The notes: generated by a model from the letters alone, not told the origin. Positions 39,283-50,232 are shown, counted from the first letter of the stretch. The stretch is DNA of 64,000 bases from an uncultured Verrucomicrobiae bacterium (GCA_963837955.1 CAWIPH010000002.1:2272001-2336000), one strand, 5' to 3'. Made by a program: numbers and translations.

Positions 39283-40314
39283 ATGAAAAAAAATAGCTCA
39301 GAGCTGTCACCACGGACCGCAAAGGCATGGACGATAATCCCCTTTTCCCTCTTCGCTGAGAAGCCGTTGCTTACTCTCAGTCTGGTCGTGTTTCTCGCCG
39401 CATTCGCTTCCGGTCAAACGAAGTTTGTGAAGAAGAATCCGGTCAAAATCGGTTATTCGGTTTTCGATATGCAGCAGCCTTACTGGCAGGCTTATTGGAA
39501 AGGTATTCAAGACGCCTGCAAGGCAGCCGGTTACCAATCCATCCTTTCCGATCAGAAGAGTAGCCAGCAAGCTGAGGTATCGGGGAGCATCGACTTGATC
39601 AATCAAGGGATTAGTGCCCTGATCAATTCACCGATTGAGCCGGCCGCTTTGCCGGCGGTCATCGATAAGGCGCATCAGGCAAATATACCGGTAGTGATTG
39701 GTGATGTAGGCGTGGCGGGCAAGTACGATGCATTTATTCTATCGAACAATGAAGATGGGGGGAAGCTTGCCGCCCAATACATGATAGAGCATCTCAAGGA
39801 CAAGTCGGGGATGAAGGAGGTTCTTGTGATTGAATTGCACCCGGGCGTAGCTGTAGGCGTGCCGCGAACAAAAGGGTTTGTCGATGAAATCAAGCAGCAC
39901 GCGGACTACAAAATAGTCGCGTCACTGAATGGTAAAGACACTGTGCAAGGTGGCTATCAGGCGACGCAGAACACGTTATCGGCTAATCCGAACCTATCCG
40001 GGATCTACGCAACGAACGATCCGATGGCTGAAGGAGCGGTTCAGGCGCTGAAAGCGGCGGGTAAGAATGGAGTGAAGGATGTATTTTTAGTTGGCTTTAA
40101 CGGCGATCCTCCCGCGCTAGAACTAATTAAGAGCGGTGAGATGGCTGCGACGATCCGGCAAGATCCGTACGGTCAAGGGCAGAGTTGCGTTGAGATTGCA
40201 ACGAAGCTTATGAATAACGAGCCTGTTGAATATTCGGACCCGGCGACAAAATCAGTTTTCTTTCCGGTAAAGGTAATCGACAAGGAAAACGTCGATCAGT
40301 TTCTCCAGAAGTAG
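39283..40314 (+). CDS. Sugar ABC transporter substrate-binding protein
   Basis: Signal peptide; IYATND, VGFNGD and ATIRQDP motifs. Confidence 0.9.
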   Translation: MKKNSSELSPRTAKAWTIIPFSLFAEKPLLTLSLVVFLAAFASGQTKFVKKNPVKIGYSVFDMQQPYWQAYWKGIQDACKAAGYQSILSDQKSSQQAEVSGSIDLINQGISALINSPIEPAALPAVIDKAHQANIPVVIGDVGVAGKYDAFILSNNEDGGKLAAQYMIEHLKDKSGMKEVLVIELHPGVAVGVPRTKGFVDEIKQHADYKIVASLNGKDTVQGGYQATQNTLSANPNLSGIYATNDPMAEGAVQALKAAGKNGVKDVFLVGFNGDPPALELIKSGEMAATIRQDPYGQGQSCVEIATKLMNNEPVEYSDPATKSVFFPVKVIDKENVDQFLQK

Positions 40315-40350
40315 GCGCGGCAGGTTTTGAACCATAGGCACTATTAGGCC

Positions 40351-41916
40351 ATGCTGTCGCTACGGAGGCTGAGATTGGGAACCGATCCGACATCTCCCCA
40401 GCAATCCATCCTTAGTCTGACTGGAATTTCGAAGCAATTTCCAGGGGTAAGGGCACTAAACAGTGTCGATTTCAGCCTCTTATCTGGAGAAGTTCACGCG
40501 CTAATGGGAGAAAACGGCGCGGGCAAGAGCACACTGATCAATATTATCAGTGGTCTTCTGCACCCGACGTCCGGAAAGATTTGCGTAGCCGGTGAAGAGG
40601 TCATTCTCACCAGCGCGATCCAGGCTCAAAAAGTTGGCATCAGTACAATCACCCAAGAATTTAACCTGGTCCCGGAGCTTACTGTTGCTGAGAATATATT
40701 TCTCGGACGCGAACCGACTGTGCGAATGGGTCTGCTGAACTGGCGAGAGATCAAAAGGCGCGCTTCGGAAGTGCTTGATGAGCTGGGGCTCAGTGTACCT
40801 TTAGGTCAGCGTGTCGCCTACTTGAGTGTCGGAGACCGGCAACTCGTTGAGATTGCCAAGGCGCTGTCGATGGAATTTCGGATCATCACGATGGATGAGC
40901 CGACGGCGGCATTGAATGCCGCCGAGGTGGCGCGTCTTTTCGAAATCATAGAGAGATTAAAGCGGCGCGGGATCGCGGTTCTTTATGTTTCTCACCGTCT
41001 CAGAGAAATTTTTCAAATTGCAGATCGAGTGACTGTTCTTCGGGATGGGAAACGAGTTGATACTCGGCGCTTGGATGAACTCACGGAAGACGACGTGGTG
41101 ACGATGATGCTCGGCCGCGCCCTGAAAAAAGAAGCGGCTATCTACCAGCCAATTCCGGTCTCTGAAAAAGCTGCTCTTTCCGTCAATAATCTCACAGTTC
41201 CGGGTTTTGTGAGAAACGTCTCATTTGATCTGCGTGTTGGCGAGGTAATGGGCTGCGCCGGTCTGGTAGGATCCGGGCGTTATGAGTTGACGTGTGCACT
41301 TTTCGGCCTTCTGCGAATTTCAAGCGGTGAGGTTAAGATCAACAGCCAGCCTGTCGTCCTTAACTCATGCAACGCTGCCATGCGCCGCGGCATTTACATG
41401 CTGCCAGAGGAACGGAAAGTGGAAGGCATTTTCCCAGATTTAACGGTTCGCGAAAACCTCTTGATTGGCGCAAAGCGGTTGTTTCATCGACTAACCGAGT
41501 TGCTGATCAATGCCAACGCTGAGGAGAAACAATACGAGGAGATGCGCAAATCGCTCGATATCCGGGCCTCAAGTTCAGCGCAGAGAATAACCAAACTAAG
41601 TGGCGGAAATCAGCAAAAGGTTATGCTGGGTCGAGCCCTAACGAGCAATTCGCGCATCCTGCTGTTGAATGAACCGACGCGTGGCGTTGATGTCGGCACC
41701 CGGGTCGAAATTCACGCCGCTATTCGTAAGTTGGCTCAGAGTGGATATGCGATCATTGTAAGTTCTTCCGATATTCCTGAACTCGTAAGTGTCAGCGATC
41801 GTTGCCTGGTTTTGAGTGCGGGCCGGACAAAGGGGTTATTGGATCGGGCACAAATTAACGAGGACAACATTACCGCGCTGGCGATCGGCCAAGAAATTAC
41901 GGGAGATAACCGATGA
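40351..41916 (+). CDS. Sugar ABC transporter ATP-binding protein
   Basis: GENGAGKS, MDEPT and LSGGNQQK motifs. Confidence 0.93.
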   Translation: MLSLRRLRLGTDPTSPQQSILSLTGISKQFPGVRALNSVDFSLLSGEVHALMGENGAGKSTLINIISGLLHPTSGKICVAGEEVILTSAIQAQKVGISTITQEFNLVPELTVAENIFLGREPTVRMGLLNWREIKRRASEVLDELGLSVPLGQRVAYLSVGDRQLVEIAKALSMEFRIITMDEPTAALNAAEVARLFEIIERLKRRGIAVLYVSHRLREIFQIADRVTVLRDGKRVDTRRLDELTEDDVVTMMLGRALKKEAAIYQPIPVSEKAALSVNNLTVPGFVRNVSFDLRVGEVMGCAGLVGSGRYELTCALFGLLRISSGEVKINSQPVVLNSCNAAMRRGIYMLPEERKVEGIFPDLTVRENLLIGAKRLFHRLTELLINANAEEKQYEEMRKSLDIRASSSAQRITKLSGGNQQKVMLGRALTSNSRILLLNEPTRGVDVGTRVEIHAAIRKLAQSGYAIIVSSSDIPELVSVSDRCLVLSAGRTKGLLDRAQINEDNITALAIGQEITGDNR

Positions 41917-42926
41917 GCAACTCTCCCGAATGGCTAAATTTTCGGACCATTTTCAGCGTGTCGAACGCGACGCGTTTCATCCAAGTTGCTGAGAGCCTTG
42001 GTGTCTTTGCCATGTTGTTGATCGTGGTGATTGGAGCATCGATCATTGCACCGGGATTCTTTACCTACACCAATCTTACTAACACGCTGATCGCCGCCTC
42101 GATTACCGCGATAACTGGTCTGGGGATGACCTTTGCCATAGCCATGGGCGGTTTTGATCTGTCGGTGGGCTCCGTTCAAGTATTGACCGCAATTACGGTT
42201 GCTGGGTTGCTTTCTGCGGTTGATCCGCCGCTCGCGATTCTCGGGGCCTTGCTCACCGGTTTAGTGCTCGGGGTCCTGAATGGAGTCCTGATCAGTAAGC
42301 TCAGGCTTCCTGCTTTTGTAGTGACATTTGGAATGATGAGCATCGTCCGAGGTATAGCGCTGCTCGTCACCCAGGGACAATCGGTGATGATCACTAAGCA
42401 TATCGAATTTGGACTACTCAATAACGGTAAGATCCTAGGGCTGCCCGTGCCTTTCATTATCATGCTGGTAGTGTTCATCGTCCTTGGCGTCTTGCTCTAT
42501 CACACCCCCTTCGGGCGTCACGCATGCGCTATCGGCGGGAATCGGACGGCTGCGATTGTTTCTGGCATCAATGTCGATCGCACTACCATCGCGGTATTTG
42601 GCCTCGTTGGCGTAACGGCGGCAATTTCTGGAGTGATGCTTAGCTCCCAACTCATGATCGTAGACGCAACCCTGGGAACCGGGTTTGAACTTCAGGCTAT
42701 TACTGTTAGCGTGCTCGGCGGTACCAGTCTTTCGGGAGGACATGGGAATTTGATTGGAACAATCTTTGCCGCCCTGCTTTTGGCAACCATCGCGAGTGCC
42801 TTAAATATTTTAAAGATAATCGCGGTTTACCAGTATTTAGCGCTGGGAGTCCTTCTGATTTTCGCATTGTCTATTGACGCCGCGCGGCGCGCCTTCATTA
42901 CCAAGTCGCTATTAAGCCATGCCTAG
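41913..42926 (+). CDS. Sugar ABC transporter permease
   Basis: GGFDLSVG and VLGGTSLSGG motifs. Confidence 0.92.
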   Translation: MSNSPEWLNFRTIFSVSNATRFIQVAESLGVFAMLLIVVIGASIIAPGFFTYTNLTNTLIAASITAITGLGMTFAIAMGGFDLSVGSVQVLTAITVAGLLSAVDPPLAILGALLTGLVLGVLNGVLISKLRLPAFVVTFGMMSIVRGIALLVTQGQSVMITKHIEFGLLNNGKILGLPVPFIIMLVVFIVLGVLLYHTPFGRHACAIGGNRTAAIVSGINVDRTTIAVFGLVGVTAAISGVMLSSQLMIVDATLGTGFELQAITVSVLGGTSLSGGHGNLIGTIFAALLLATIASALNILKIIAVYQYLALGVLLIFALSIDAARRAFITKSLLSHA

Positions 42927-43932
42927 ACCTATGACGTTGGATCCGATCGAAACGACGCAGACCAAGGTCGAACGTCCAACGTCTTACGGAATTCCTATCC
43001 TAAATTTTTTAACGAAATATTACATTCAGTCTCTGCTGATTATCTCGGTGGTAGTTCTTGTTGTTGTGAACCCGTACTTCGGAACTGCAGAAAACTTGGA
43101 GAACATTCTTCTCCAGGCCTCATTTGCCGGAATCAGCGCAGCGGGCATGACACTCTTGATCGTTTCCGGTGCTTTCGATTTGTCAGTAGCCGGTTTACTC
43201 GGACTCTGTGGCGTCGTGAGTTCTGGGTTACTACCTTCCTTAGGAGTAGTCCTCACCGTGATTGCCGCCCTATTCCTCGGTTTATTCTTGGGTCTACTAA
43301 ACGGTCTCGTGGTGACCAAACTGCGAATCCCCGCTTTCATCGCGACTTTGGGAATGATGAACATCTACCTTGCTCTGGCGTTTATCTGGACTCAGGGGAG
43401 TCGAGTCATCTCCGTAGAAGATGCGAGTTTTAATGTCCTGGGAACGGGAACTTTGTTTGGTGTTTTGCCGATCCCGTTTTTGATAATGGTCGCAACGTAT
43501 CTTGTCTGCTATGCGATTCTGAACTGGAGTGTTTACGGGCGGTGCCTTCGCGCCGTCGGCAGCAATGAAATCGCGGCAAGGACGGCTGGTCTCCCAGTTG
43601 ATCTCATCAGAATTCTGGCATTCGCTATTGTCGGGGGCTGCAGCGCCTTAGCCGGAGTTTTTCTTACGGCAGAACTATCATCGGCCAGCGCTGTAATGGC
43701 TTCTGGCTACGAACTAACTGTTATAGCCGTCGTAGTAATAGGAGGCACCAGCTTAAGGGGGGGCGAAGGTACACTTTTTGGATCATTCGCCGGCGCTCTG
43801 TTTTTTGCAGTTATAAGCAGTGCGCTCAACATCTTGAATGTTGGCGCCTATTGGCAATATGTTGTCACCGGTATTTTTCTTATTAGTGCGCTTGGGGTGC
43901 AAGCGCTGCGCGGCTATATTCAGGCTGAGTGA
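42919..43932 (+). CDS. Sugar ABC transporter permease
   Basis: GAFDLSVA and VIGGTSLRGG motifs. Confidence 0.92.
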   Translation: MPRPMTLDPIETTQTKVERPTSYGIPILNFLTKYYIQSLLIISVVVLVVVNPYFGTAENLENILLQASFAGISAAGMTLLIVSGAFDLSVAGLLGLCGVVSSGLLPSLGVVLTVIAALFLGLFLGLLNGLVVTKLRIPAFIATLGMMNIYLALAFIWTQGSRVISVEDASFNVLGTGTLFGVLPIPFLIMVATYLVCYAILNWSVYGRCLRAVGSNEIAARTAGLPVDLIRILAFAIVGGCSALAGVFLTAELSSASAVMASGYELTVIAVVVIGGTSLRGGEGTLFGSFAGALFFAVISSALNILNVGAYWQYVVTGIFLISALGVQALRGYIQAE

Positions 43933-44063
43933 CGCCGACAGGGATCGCGTCTTAACTAGCGCAGGTTTACACCGACTATCGTTATCGCTGTGATTTCGAT
44001 TTTCGCTGTCTGCCTCGAGCATAAATTATCTGCTACCCGCTAACCGAGACAAAAAGCACAAGT

Positions 44064-45224
44064 ATGATAATTGAAGCTATTGGCCGCCGGCTTCGACTGG
44101 CCGTCATCGGTGGCGGTCCCGGATCCGTAATTGGCGAGGTTCATCGTGCTGGTGCGCGCCTTGACGGTTACTACGACATTGTAGCTTCCGCTCTTTCATC
44201 TGACCCTGGGCGATCTGGTCGGTACGGCCGCGCCATCGGGGTTTCAGACGAACGCGCCTATCCATCTTGGCTCGAGCTGATCGAAAGCGAGGCAGAGCGG
44301 AAAGATCGCGTCGATGTCATTGCCGTGATGACTCCGAATGACAGTCACTATGACATCTGCTCATTAGCGCTGGATAACGGATTCCATGTCGTCTGCGACA
44401 AACCGCTAACAACGGACCTTGCCTCGGCAGTAAGCCTTGCGCGCAAGGTTAGGACAACCGGACTCGAGTTCTGCCTTACGCACTCCTACACTGGATATCC
44501 AATGGTGCGCCAAGCCCGAGCGATGGTACGCAGCGGGGCGATAGGCTCCATCCGCCAGCTTCATCTTCAATACGTCCAGGGATACCTGGCCTCTGGGGAT
44601 GTGCCCCCCGGATGGCGACTTGATCCGGCGCGCGTCGGCGGCTCGATGATCCTAATTGACATTGGGACTCACGCTCACCATTTGGGCTCCTACGTAACGG
44701 GGCTTGAGCTCGAAAGCCTGTGCGCTGACCTGGGACATGTCGTTCCTAACCGCAAAGTGGACGACTACGTCTCGATGCTTCTTCGATACTCGAACGGTGC
44801 GCGTGGCTCTATGTGGGTTACAAACGCGGCCAGCGGTGCCGAGCACGGGTTATGTTTTCGTATTTTTGGCGAGACCGGAGGTCTTGAATGGTATCAAGAG
44901 GAGCCAAATCGTTTGGTCCATCGGAAAAGAGACGGTCTCGAAGAGATTATTACGCGGCGCCAGGATTCATTTGTCAGTGAAGACGCCAGGCGGGTGACAC
45001 GGGTACAAATTGGTCATCCCGAAGGCTATATTGAAGCCTTTGCTAACCTGTACTCTGATTTTGCCAGGGCCGTAGTTGCAAGAATGCGCGGAGAGCCCCT
45101 GGACAAGATCGATCGGCCTTTTCCGACCGTCGAAGATGGCGTCAAGGGCTTAGCCTTTGTCCAAGCCGCGACACAAAGTTCCGCCTCACGTACGTGGAAA
45201 GTGGTCGAAGTGCCGTCAATCTAG
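44064..45224 (+). CDS. Gfo/Idh/MocA family oxidoreductase
   Basis: IGGG, TPNDSH, CDKP, DIGTH and GHPEGYIEAFAN motifs. Confidence 0.9.
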   Translation: MIIEAIGRRLRLAVIGGGPGSVIGEVHRAGARLDGYYDIVASALSSDPGRSGRYGRAIGVSDERAYPSWLELIESEAERKDRVDVIAVMTPNDSHYDICSLALDNGFHVVCDKPLTTDLASAVSLARKVRTTGLEFCLTHSYTGYPMVRQARAMVRSGAIGSIRQLHLQYVQGYLASGDVPPGWRLDPARVGGSMILIDIGTHAHHLGSYVTGLELESLCADLGHVVPNRKVDDYVSMLLRYSNGARGSMWVTNAASGAEHGLCFRIFGETGGLEWYQEEPNRLVHRKRDGLEEIITRRQDSFVSEDARRVTRVQIGHPEGYIEAFANLYSDFARAVVARMRGEPLDKIDRPFPTVEDGVKGLAFVQAATQSSASRTWKVVEVPSI

Positions 45225-45271
45225 CGGCGGGTACCCTTTGGCAGTGGTGACTTTGCTGGAAAAAACCGGTG

Positions 45272-46147
45272 CTACCTCTTTCGATTTCTATCTAAAGTCA
45301 GTGCATTTTTCTTCGAGCGCGTTCGCGCTGTTTCCTTGATGACGGTCGCGCCTTTTGCGTCAGAATTTAGATCTGCTCCCCGAATGTCTACTATGCGAAG
45401 CGTTGCGCCCGCAGCCTCAAGGCTTTTCGCTTTGGTGCTGGAGAGGTGACTATCAGTGATCGTCAAATCAACGTCGCGCAAACGCGCAAAACTGGTAAGG
45501 CAATTGTGCCCATACTTGGAGGAGTCTACCAGCACGTACGTCTCTTCGGAAGCGCGCATAATCGCTTCTTTGATCTGCGCGTCCTCCGGATTGGGCGTGC
45601 TATGACCCTTTTCAACGGTAAAGCCGGAACTACCAAGAAAGGCCTTGTCCGCACGATACCGGTCGAGAATGGTCAGCGTTTCCCGCCCAAGTAAAGCCAG
45701 GCTTTTGTTTCGAACGAAGCCACCCAAAAGGAGGATGTCATAACCGGCGCTGGACAATTCGAGAGCTACCGGGACGGAGCAGGTGATGATAAATGCGGAT
45801 TTTACCTGCTCCTTCAAAAGCTGGGCCAAGGCGAGGGTGGTGGTCCCCGCGTCCAGAATGATGGTGTCCCCGTCTTTGATGTATCCCAATGCTGCGGCGG
45901 CAATGGCACGCTTTTGCTGACGGTGCATCTGAACACGTTCAAAAAAGGACTTATTAAATCGACTGCGATGGGAGAAAACGGCCCCACCAAAAGTCCGTTG
46001 GAGGAGGCCTTCACTTTCCAGCTCGTCTAAATCTTTCCGGATCGTGACCACGCTGACTTCGAAACGATCGGCTAAATCGCCGACATTCAAGGTACCGGTC
46101 TCTTCCAGAAGATTTAGTATTTGCTGACGGCGGGGTCCTGTTCTCAC
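45272..46147 (-). CDS. DeoR/GlpR family transcriptional regulator (paralogue 2)
   Basis: Near-identical to 35947-36783. Confidence 0.93.
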   Translation of the reverse strand: MRTGPRRQQILNLLEETGTLNVGDLADRFEVSVVTIRKDLDELESEGLLQRTFGGAVFSHRSRFNKSFFERVQMHRQQKRAIAAAALGYIKDGDTIILDAGTTTLALAQLLKEQVKSAFIITCSVPVALELSSAGYDILLLGGFVRNKSLALLGRETLTILDRYRADKAFLGSSGFTVEKGHSTPNPEDAQIKEAIMRASEETYVLVDSSKYGHNCLTSFARLRDVDLTITDSHLSSTKAKSLEAAGATLRIVDIRGADLNSDAKGATVIKETARTRSKKNALTLDRNRKR

Positions 46148-46347
46148 CAGTGAGGCTCCTTCGTGACTATCGGTAATGAGATTAGCCTTGAGCTGTCACA
46201 TCAATCAAGGATTGGTGAACCGAATGGTTACAAGATTGAATATAGAAGAGCCAAGGGGGAGGGATTTTCGGATGAGGACACAAACAAGCTCCTTTTAGCC
46301 TATAGGTGCCGAGGCCGCCTCCGCAAGCTGCGCGCCGCGAGGAGATT

Positions 46348-46750
46348 TGTCCCGGAGGGACGCAATGAAAGTAGCCCAGCAATTTATTGCTGGGTTAGCG
46401 TTGAAAAAGAACGGGCCGTCCCGGAGGGACCTGATGAAAGTAGCCCAGCACGAAGTGCTGGGAAATAATGCAAAAAGAGAGGTCCGTCCCGTTAAGGGAC
46501 GATAGAAGTGTTGTGGCTCATGGTCCTCTCTCGTGCGGCTTCACCAGCCTAAGCAACCGTCGATCGTCCCGTCCGGGACGGGTCGTCTCTTTTGAACGTG
46601 AACCCAGCACTTCGTACTGGGCTACTTTCATTGAGTCCCTCCGGGACGACTCCTCTCGGCGCATATTCTTCCTTTTATGCTGACGCGCATGCGTGGCCGG
46701 GGGGCCGGGTTAGCGTTGAAAAGAAGGCGCCGTCCCGGAGGGACGATCGA
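46348..46750. repeat. Family C REP cluster (tandem and inverted arms)
   Basis: Repeated GTCCCGGAGGGAC...TGAAAGTAGCCCAGCA units; inverted arm ends at about 46647; partial arm at about 46731. Confidence 0.88.
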
Positions 46751-46849
46751 AGTGATCGCAACTTGGCTCTTATATGCCTTGGCGGGCGCAAGCGATAATC
46801 AGCCCGACCTCTTTCCACACAGCGGCTAAATTCGATATGTCGGCGCGAT

Positions 46850-47665
46850 TCATAACGGGCGAACTGATTGGAGCTTCTGCTGAAGGAACAACGAAATCGC
46901 GGTTGCGACCTCCTTGACGTGACCAGCCGGGTCGACTGATTTGGGTGTTACTTCTTGGAACGTGCTGCTCGGAATTAGTGAAGAGAGCAGCTGCGCGTAC
47001 TCAATCGGGTGAATTGGATCTTGGTGGCTTCCCAAAATCAGGGTTGGAACCCTGATAGTCTTCCAGGCCGCCGAATCGTTGTTTGGAACATCTTTGGGCA
47101 TCCGATCTAAGACGGCGAAGTTCTGTTCAGCTCCTGGGCGTTCGAACTGCCGCAGGAGCGAATGCGCCGAGTCGACCGATTGATCGAGGACCTGCTTGAA
47201 TAGCTCGTAACTTTCAAACAGCGTTCGTCCTTTCACGATTCCTTCATGCTCAATCAGACTCGCGATCTGGGGATAGGCCCGCAGGTTTTTCGGAAAACGT
47301 TCATTGAGCCACGCCGGCCGGCAGAGAATCAGACCAAGTGTTCTGTCAGGAAACCGGAGGGCAAAGTTGAGCGCAACGCCCGCACCCATCGAGATGCCAC
47401 CAATCACGGCGGCACGGATTTCTAAATGATTTAGCAGCGAGCCAAGATCGTCGGCGAAACTGCTGAACGTAAGTCGATCCGGATCAAGCGAGGCAATGGT
47501 CCCACCGTGGCCCCGCGCATCGAATGATAAAAGCCGAACGCCAGGAACGGAGAATGTTTTTGGCTGGCTAACATCACCTCCCAAGCCGTGTTGAAACACC
47601 AGTGGTATCCCGGTACCTTCGTCGATGTAGTTGAAGGTTGCGTCGGATGTTCTAAAGCTGGGCAT
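46850..47665 (-). CDS. Alpha/beta hydrolase
   Basis: HGLGG, DARGHG, GISMG nucleophile elbow and DPIHP motifs. Confidence 0.88.
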   Translation of the reverse strand: MPSFRTSDATFNYIDEGTGIPLVFQHGLGGDVSQPKTFSVPGVRLLSFDARGHGGTIASLDPDRLTFSSFADDLGSLLNHLEIRAAVIGGISMGAGVALNFALRFPDRTLGLILCRPAWLNERFPKNLRAYPQIASLIEHEGIVKGRTLFESYELFKQVLDQSVDSAHSLLRQFERPGAEQNFAVLDRMPKDVPNNDSAAWKTIRVPTLILGSHQDPIHPIEYAQLLSSLIPSSTFQEVTPKSVDPAGHVKEVATAISLFLQQKLQSVRPL

Positions 47666-48500
47666 GATCCGCCCCCTTTCCCAAAATGATCCCCCGCAAA
47701 TAGTGCGCTGTCGGCGCAGCTTGTGATTCCTCTATCCCATGTGCGATAAGAGGTCCTGGGAAACCGACTTCCTGTAGGCATCGCAGAAAGTGCGCGAAAT
47801 CGACAGCACCTTTCCCGGCCGGACAGACCTTGCCGTTACTGTCTCGATCTTTTGCGTGGGCGAGGACGACCTGATCGCCTAAGAGCTGACAAGCCTCCTC
47901 AACGATGACTCGATCTTCCGAGACTGAGGCAGCTTTGATTAGGTTTGCGGGATCGAGTATGATTTTGAGCCGGGAACTCTTGATCTCTTTGATCAATCGC
48001 CATGCTGCCGGAGCCGAATCGATCACATTTGCCGGTTCGGGCTCGATCGCTAAGAGTAAGTTGCTGCCCTCTGCAATCAGAATAGCGCCTTCTAAAGAAT
48101 CCAAGAAATCAGCCCTGGCCTCCTTCGACGCGTTGTCCGGATGCCGACGCCACATGTTCAACGGATCACGTGTCCCGGTGCAAAGCGTTAGCACCGGGAT
48201 ATGCAGTCGCCCGCAAACTCCAGCCAACACTTTCAAGCTCGCCAGCCCATCAGCTCTTATTCTGGAGTCGGGATGCGCCATGTTAAAAGTGCCCGATAGC
48301 GCTGAGAGCTCGACCTTCTCATTAGCCGCTGCTGATAAGATTTGATCTATTGTTTCGTCATTAACATTGGTTGGTAGTGAAACAGGGCCAGCACACGCCA
48401 TGTTGAACTGCGTACAGGAGTAATCGCAGCCTCTAACCGCAGCGAATATCTCGCTGACAGTTTCGCGGCGGAACGTTTTGGCAAAGATACCCAGGTTCAT
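47652..48500 (-). CDS. Sugar phosphate isomerase/epimerase (xylose isomerase-like TIM barrel)
   Basis: SGTFNMAHPD, IEPE, LDPAN and HAKD motifs. Confidence 0.85.
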   Translation of the reverse strand: MNLGIFAKTFRRETVSEIFAAVRGCDYSCTQFNMACAGPVSLPTNVNDETIDQILSAAANEKVELSALSGTFNMAHPDSRIRADGLASLKVLAGVCGRLHIPVLTLCTGTRDPLNMWRRHPDNASKEARADFLDSLEGAILIAEGSNLLLAIEPEPANVIDSAPAAWRLIKEIKSSRLKIILDPANLIKAASVSEDRVIVEEACQLLGDQVVLAHAKDRDSNGKVCPAGKGAVDFAHFLRCLQEVGFPGPLIAHGIEESQAAPTAHYLRGIILGKGADHAQL

Positions 48501-49573
48501 CGGACTCCTCCGGTGACGTCGGCGAGCTGCACGGGTTTCCCAGTGTGGCATGAGTCAGAAACAGCGACTAAGGCTCGCATCACGGCCAGTCCATCGTCCG
48601 CCGTTGCACCATGTTGAGGCGTTCCCTTGAGAATGGTGTCGGCAAATCCTTCAAGCTGAAGTTTGTAAAAATGCGCGTCAGCTCCCAGTGCACGGTGGTA
48701 CTGCCCGTCCCGGACGGAAAAGCATTCGACTTCGCTGGAGCGCAGATACCAAGGATTAAATGTCTTTCCGATGACGCTCCCGTGTTCGGCGTAGATTTGA
48801 AAACCTTCGTGCCAGTCCATCCGGACAGGAATGGTGAGATCGAGCTGGCCGGTGAAACCGTCGGCGAACTTAGCGGTGATCATCCAGCAGAATGCACCGA
48901 ACCTTTCAGTAAGCTCTGCCTGGACGCTGACGATCTGGCCACCGAGGAAAAGTGCGGTGTCGAAAAGGTGACTGCCGTGGCCAAGAAGGTAGTAGGCAGT
49001 TTTGTTGGCTTTGGGGTTCCCATCCGGCTTCTTACTGGCAGAGCTGATGATTGGAATCGGCTGGAGGTTATCAGTTTGGACGTACCGGTAAATCGAATCG
49101 CAGTACCAAGCTTTCAGCGCCAGCAGTTCTCCTCCTTCTTCCTGAAGAAATCGCTTGGCAAAAGCGATCCCCGGATCGAAACGTTTCATCGTCCCTACCT
49201 GAACTGTGAGGCGAGATGCTTTGGCCTGATCACGTAGCGCTAGACACTCCTCAACCGTGGTGCCGAGCGGCTTTTCAACCAACACATGCTTACCGGCGGC
49301 CAGCGCTCTGGAAGCAGCCTCAACATGGAATTGATCAGCGATCGCGATGATGATGGCTTCCACTTCGGGGTCGGCCAACATCTCATCGTAGCTAAGGTAA
49401 GTTTTCTTTGGCTGGTAGTAAGCGGCTAATCGGGTGACCAGGTCTTTAGCTACATCACATATCGCGTAGAGCTCCGCGTTGCGTGCTTTAATGCACGATT
49501 CGAAGTGCGCGGCTTGTGAGATTGGACCGCAACCGAGAATCCCGACCCGGAGCAATCGATTTTCCTTGGTCAT
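48497..49573 (-). CDS. Gfo/Idh/MocA family oxidoreductase
   Basis: GILGCGPI, VEKP and GHGSH motifs. Confidence 0.9.
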   Translation of the reverse strand: MTKENRLLRVGILGCGPISQAAHFESCIKARNAELYAICDVAKDLVTRLAAYYQPKKTYLSYDEMLADPEVEAIIIAIADQFHVEAASRALAAGKHVLVEKPLGTTVEECLALRDQAKASRLTVQVGTMKRFDPGIAFAKRFLQEEGGELLALKAWYCDSIYRYVQTDNLQPIPIISSASKKPDGNPKANKTAYYLLGHGSHLFDTALFLGGQIVSVQAELTERFGAFCWMITAKFADGFTGQLDLTIPVRMDWHEGFQIYAEHGSVIGKTFNPWYLRSSEVECFSVRDGQYHRALGADAHFYKLQLEGFADTILKGTPQHGATADDGLAVMRALVAVSDSCHTGKPVQLADVTGGVR

Positions 49574-50232
49574 GCTAAAGCTTCCTCGGCTTGGCGTCCT
49601 AGACTCTTGATCCAACTAATTGCAGCGCACGGATCCTTATCTCCGAAAACCAGTGACCCTGGGATCACGCCATCGGCGCCGGCCGCCGCCAACATAGGGA
49701 CTGTGTGACGGCGGATTCCGCCATCGACGAAAATTTCGACTCCGGTCCGATCTCGCTCGTGGACGATGGTTCTGATCCTTTCACCGATTCGCGCATCGAT
49801 ATCCTGGCCTTTGACGCCGATCTCTGTGCCCATCACAAGAAGTCGATCGACAAGGTCTAAATGAAGGTTTTCAGCATCAATCTGATCTCCTAGCTCCACG
49901 ACCAATCCAGTTTTCTTGCCCAATTCCCTGATCTTCGAAAGAGTGGCTCGGACGTCAGAGCAGAGGGTGCGGTGCACCGTAATAATATCGGATCCGGATT
50001 CTGCGAATCGTTCGATCCAACCGTCGGTATCCGACATCATAACGTGCACGTCTAAACAAGCCGTCGTCCGCGCCCGAAGCGCCGAGACAAAGTCCGGCCC
50101 GAATAACAGGTTTGGAACACAGAGCCCGTCCATCACGTCGAGGTGAAGGCCGTCGACGTGCGGTGCGACGAGATCAACGGCTGCTCCGAGGTCTAGTAAG
50201 TCCGCAGACCAAAGTGAAATTGAGACTTTCAT
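49570..50232 (-). CDS. Ribulose-phosphate 3-epimerase family protein (Rpe/AlsE-like paralogue)
   Basis: HLDVMDG, DVHVM and VDGGI motifs. Confidence 0.88.
   Translation of the reverse strand: MKVSISLWSADLLDLGAAVDLVAPHVDGLHLDVMDGLCVPNLLFGPDFVSALRARTTACLDVHVMMSDTDGWIERFAESGSDIITVHRTLCSDVRATLSKIRELGKKTGLVVELGDQIDAENLHLDLVDRLLVMGTEIGVKGQDIDARIGERIRTIVHERDRTGVEIFVDGGIRRHTVPMLAAAGADGVIPGSLVFGDKDPCAAISWIKSLGRQAEEALA

Noticed and set aside
41655..41690. Walker B D->N change (LLLNEPTRG) suggesting a dead ATPase
   Set aside because: It is in the second nucleotide-binding domain, which is commonly degenerate in CUT2 ATPases; the first domain is intact
46163..46798. Three short plus-strand ORFs
   Set aside because: They overlap the family C repeat cluster and have no protein-like motifs
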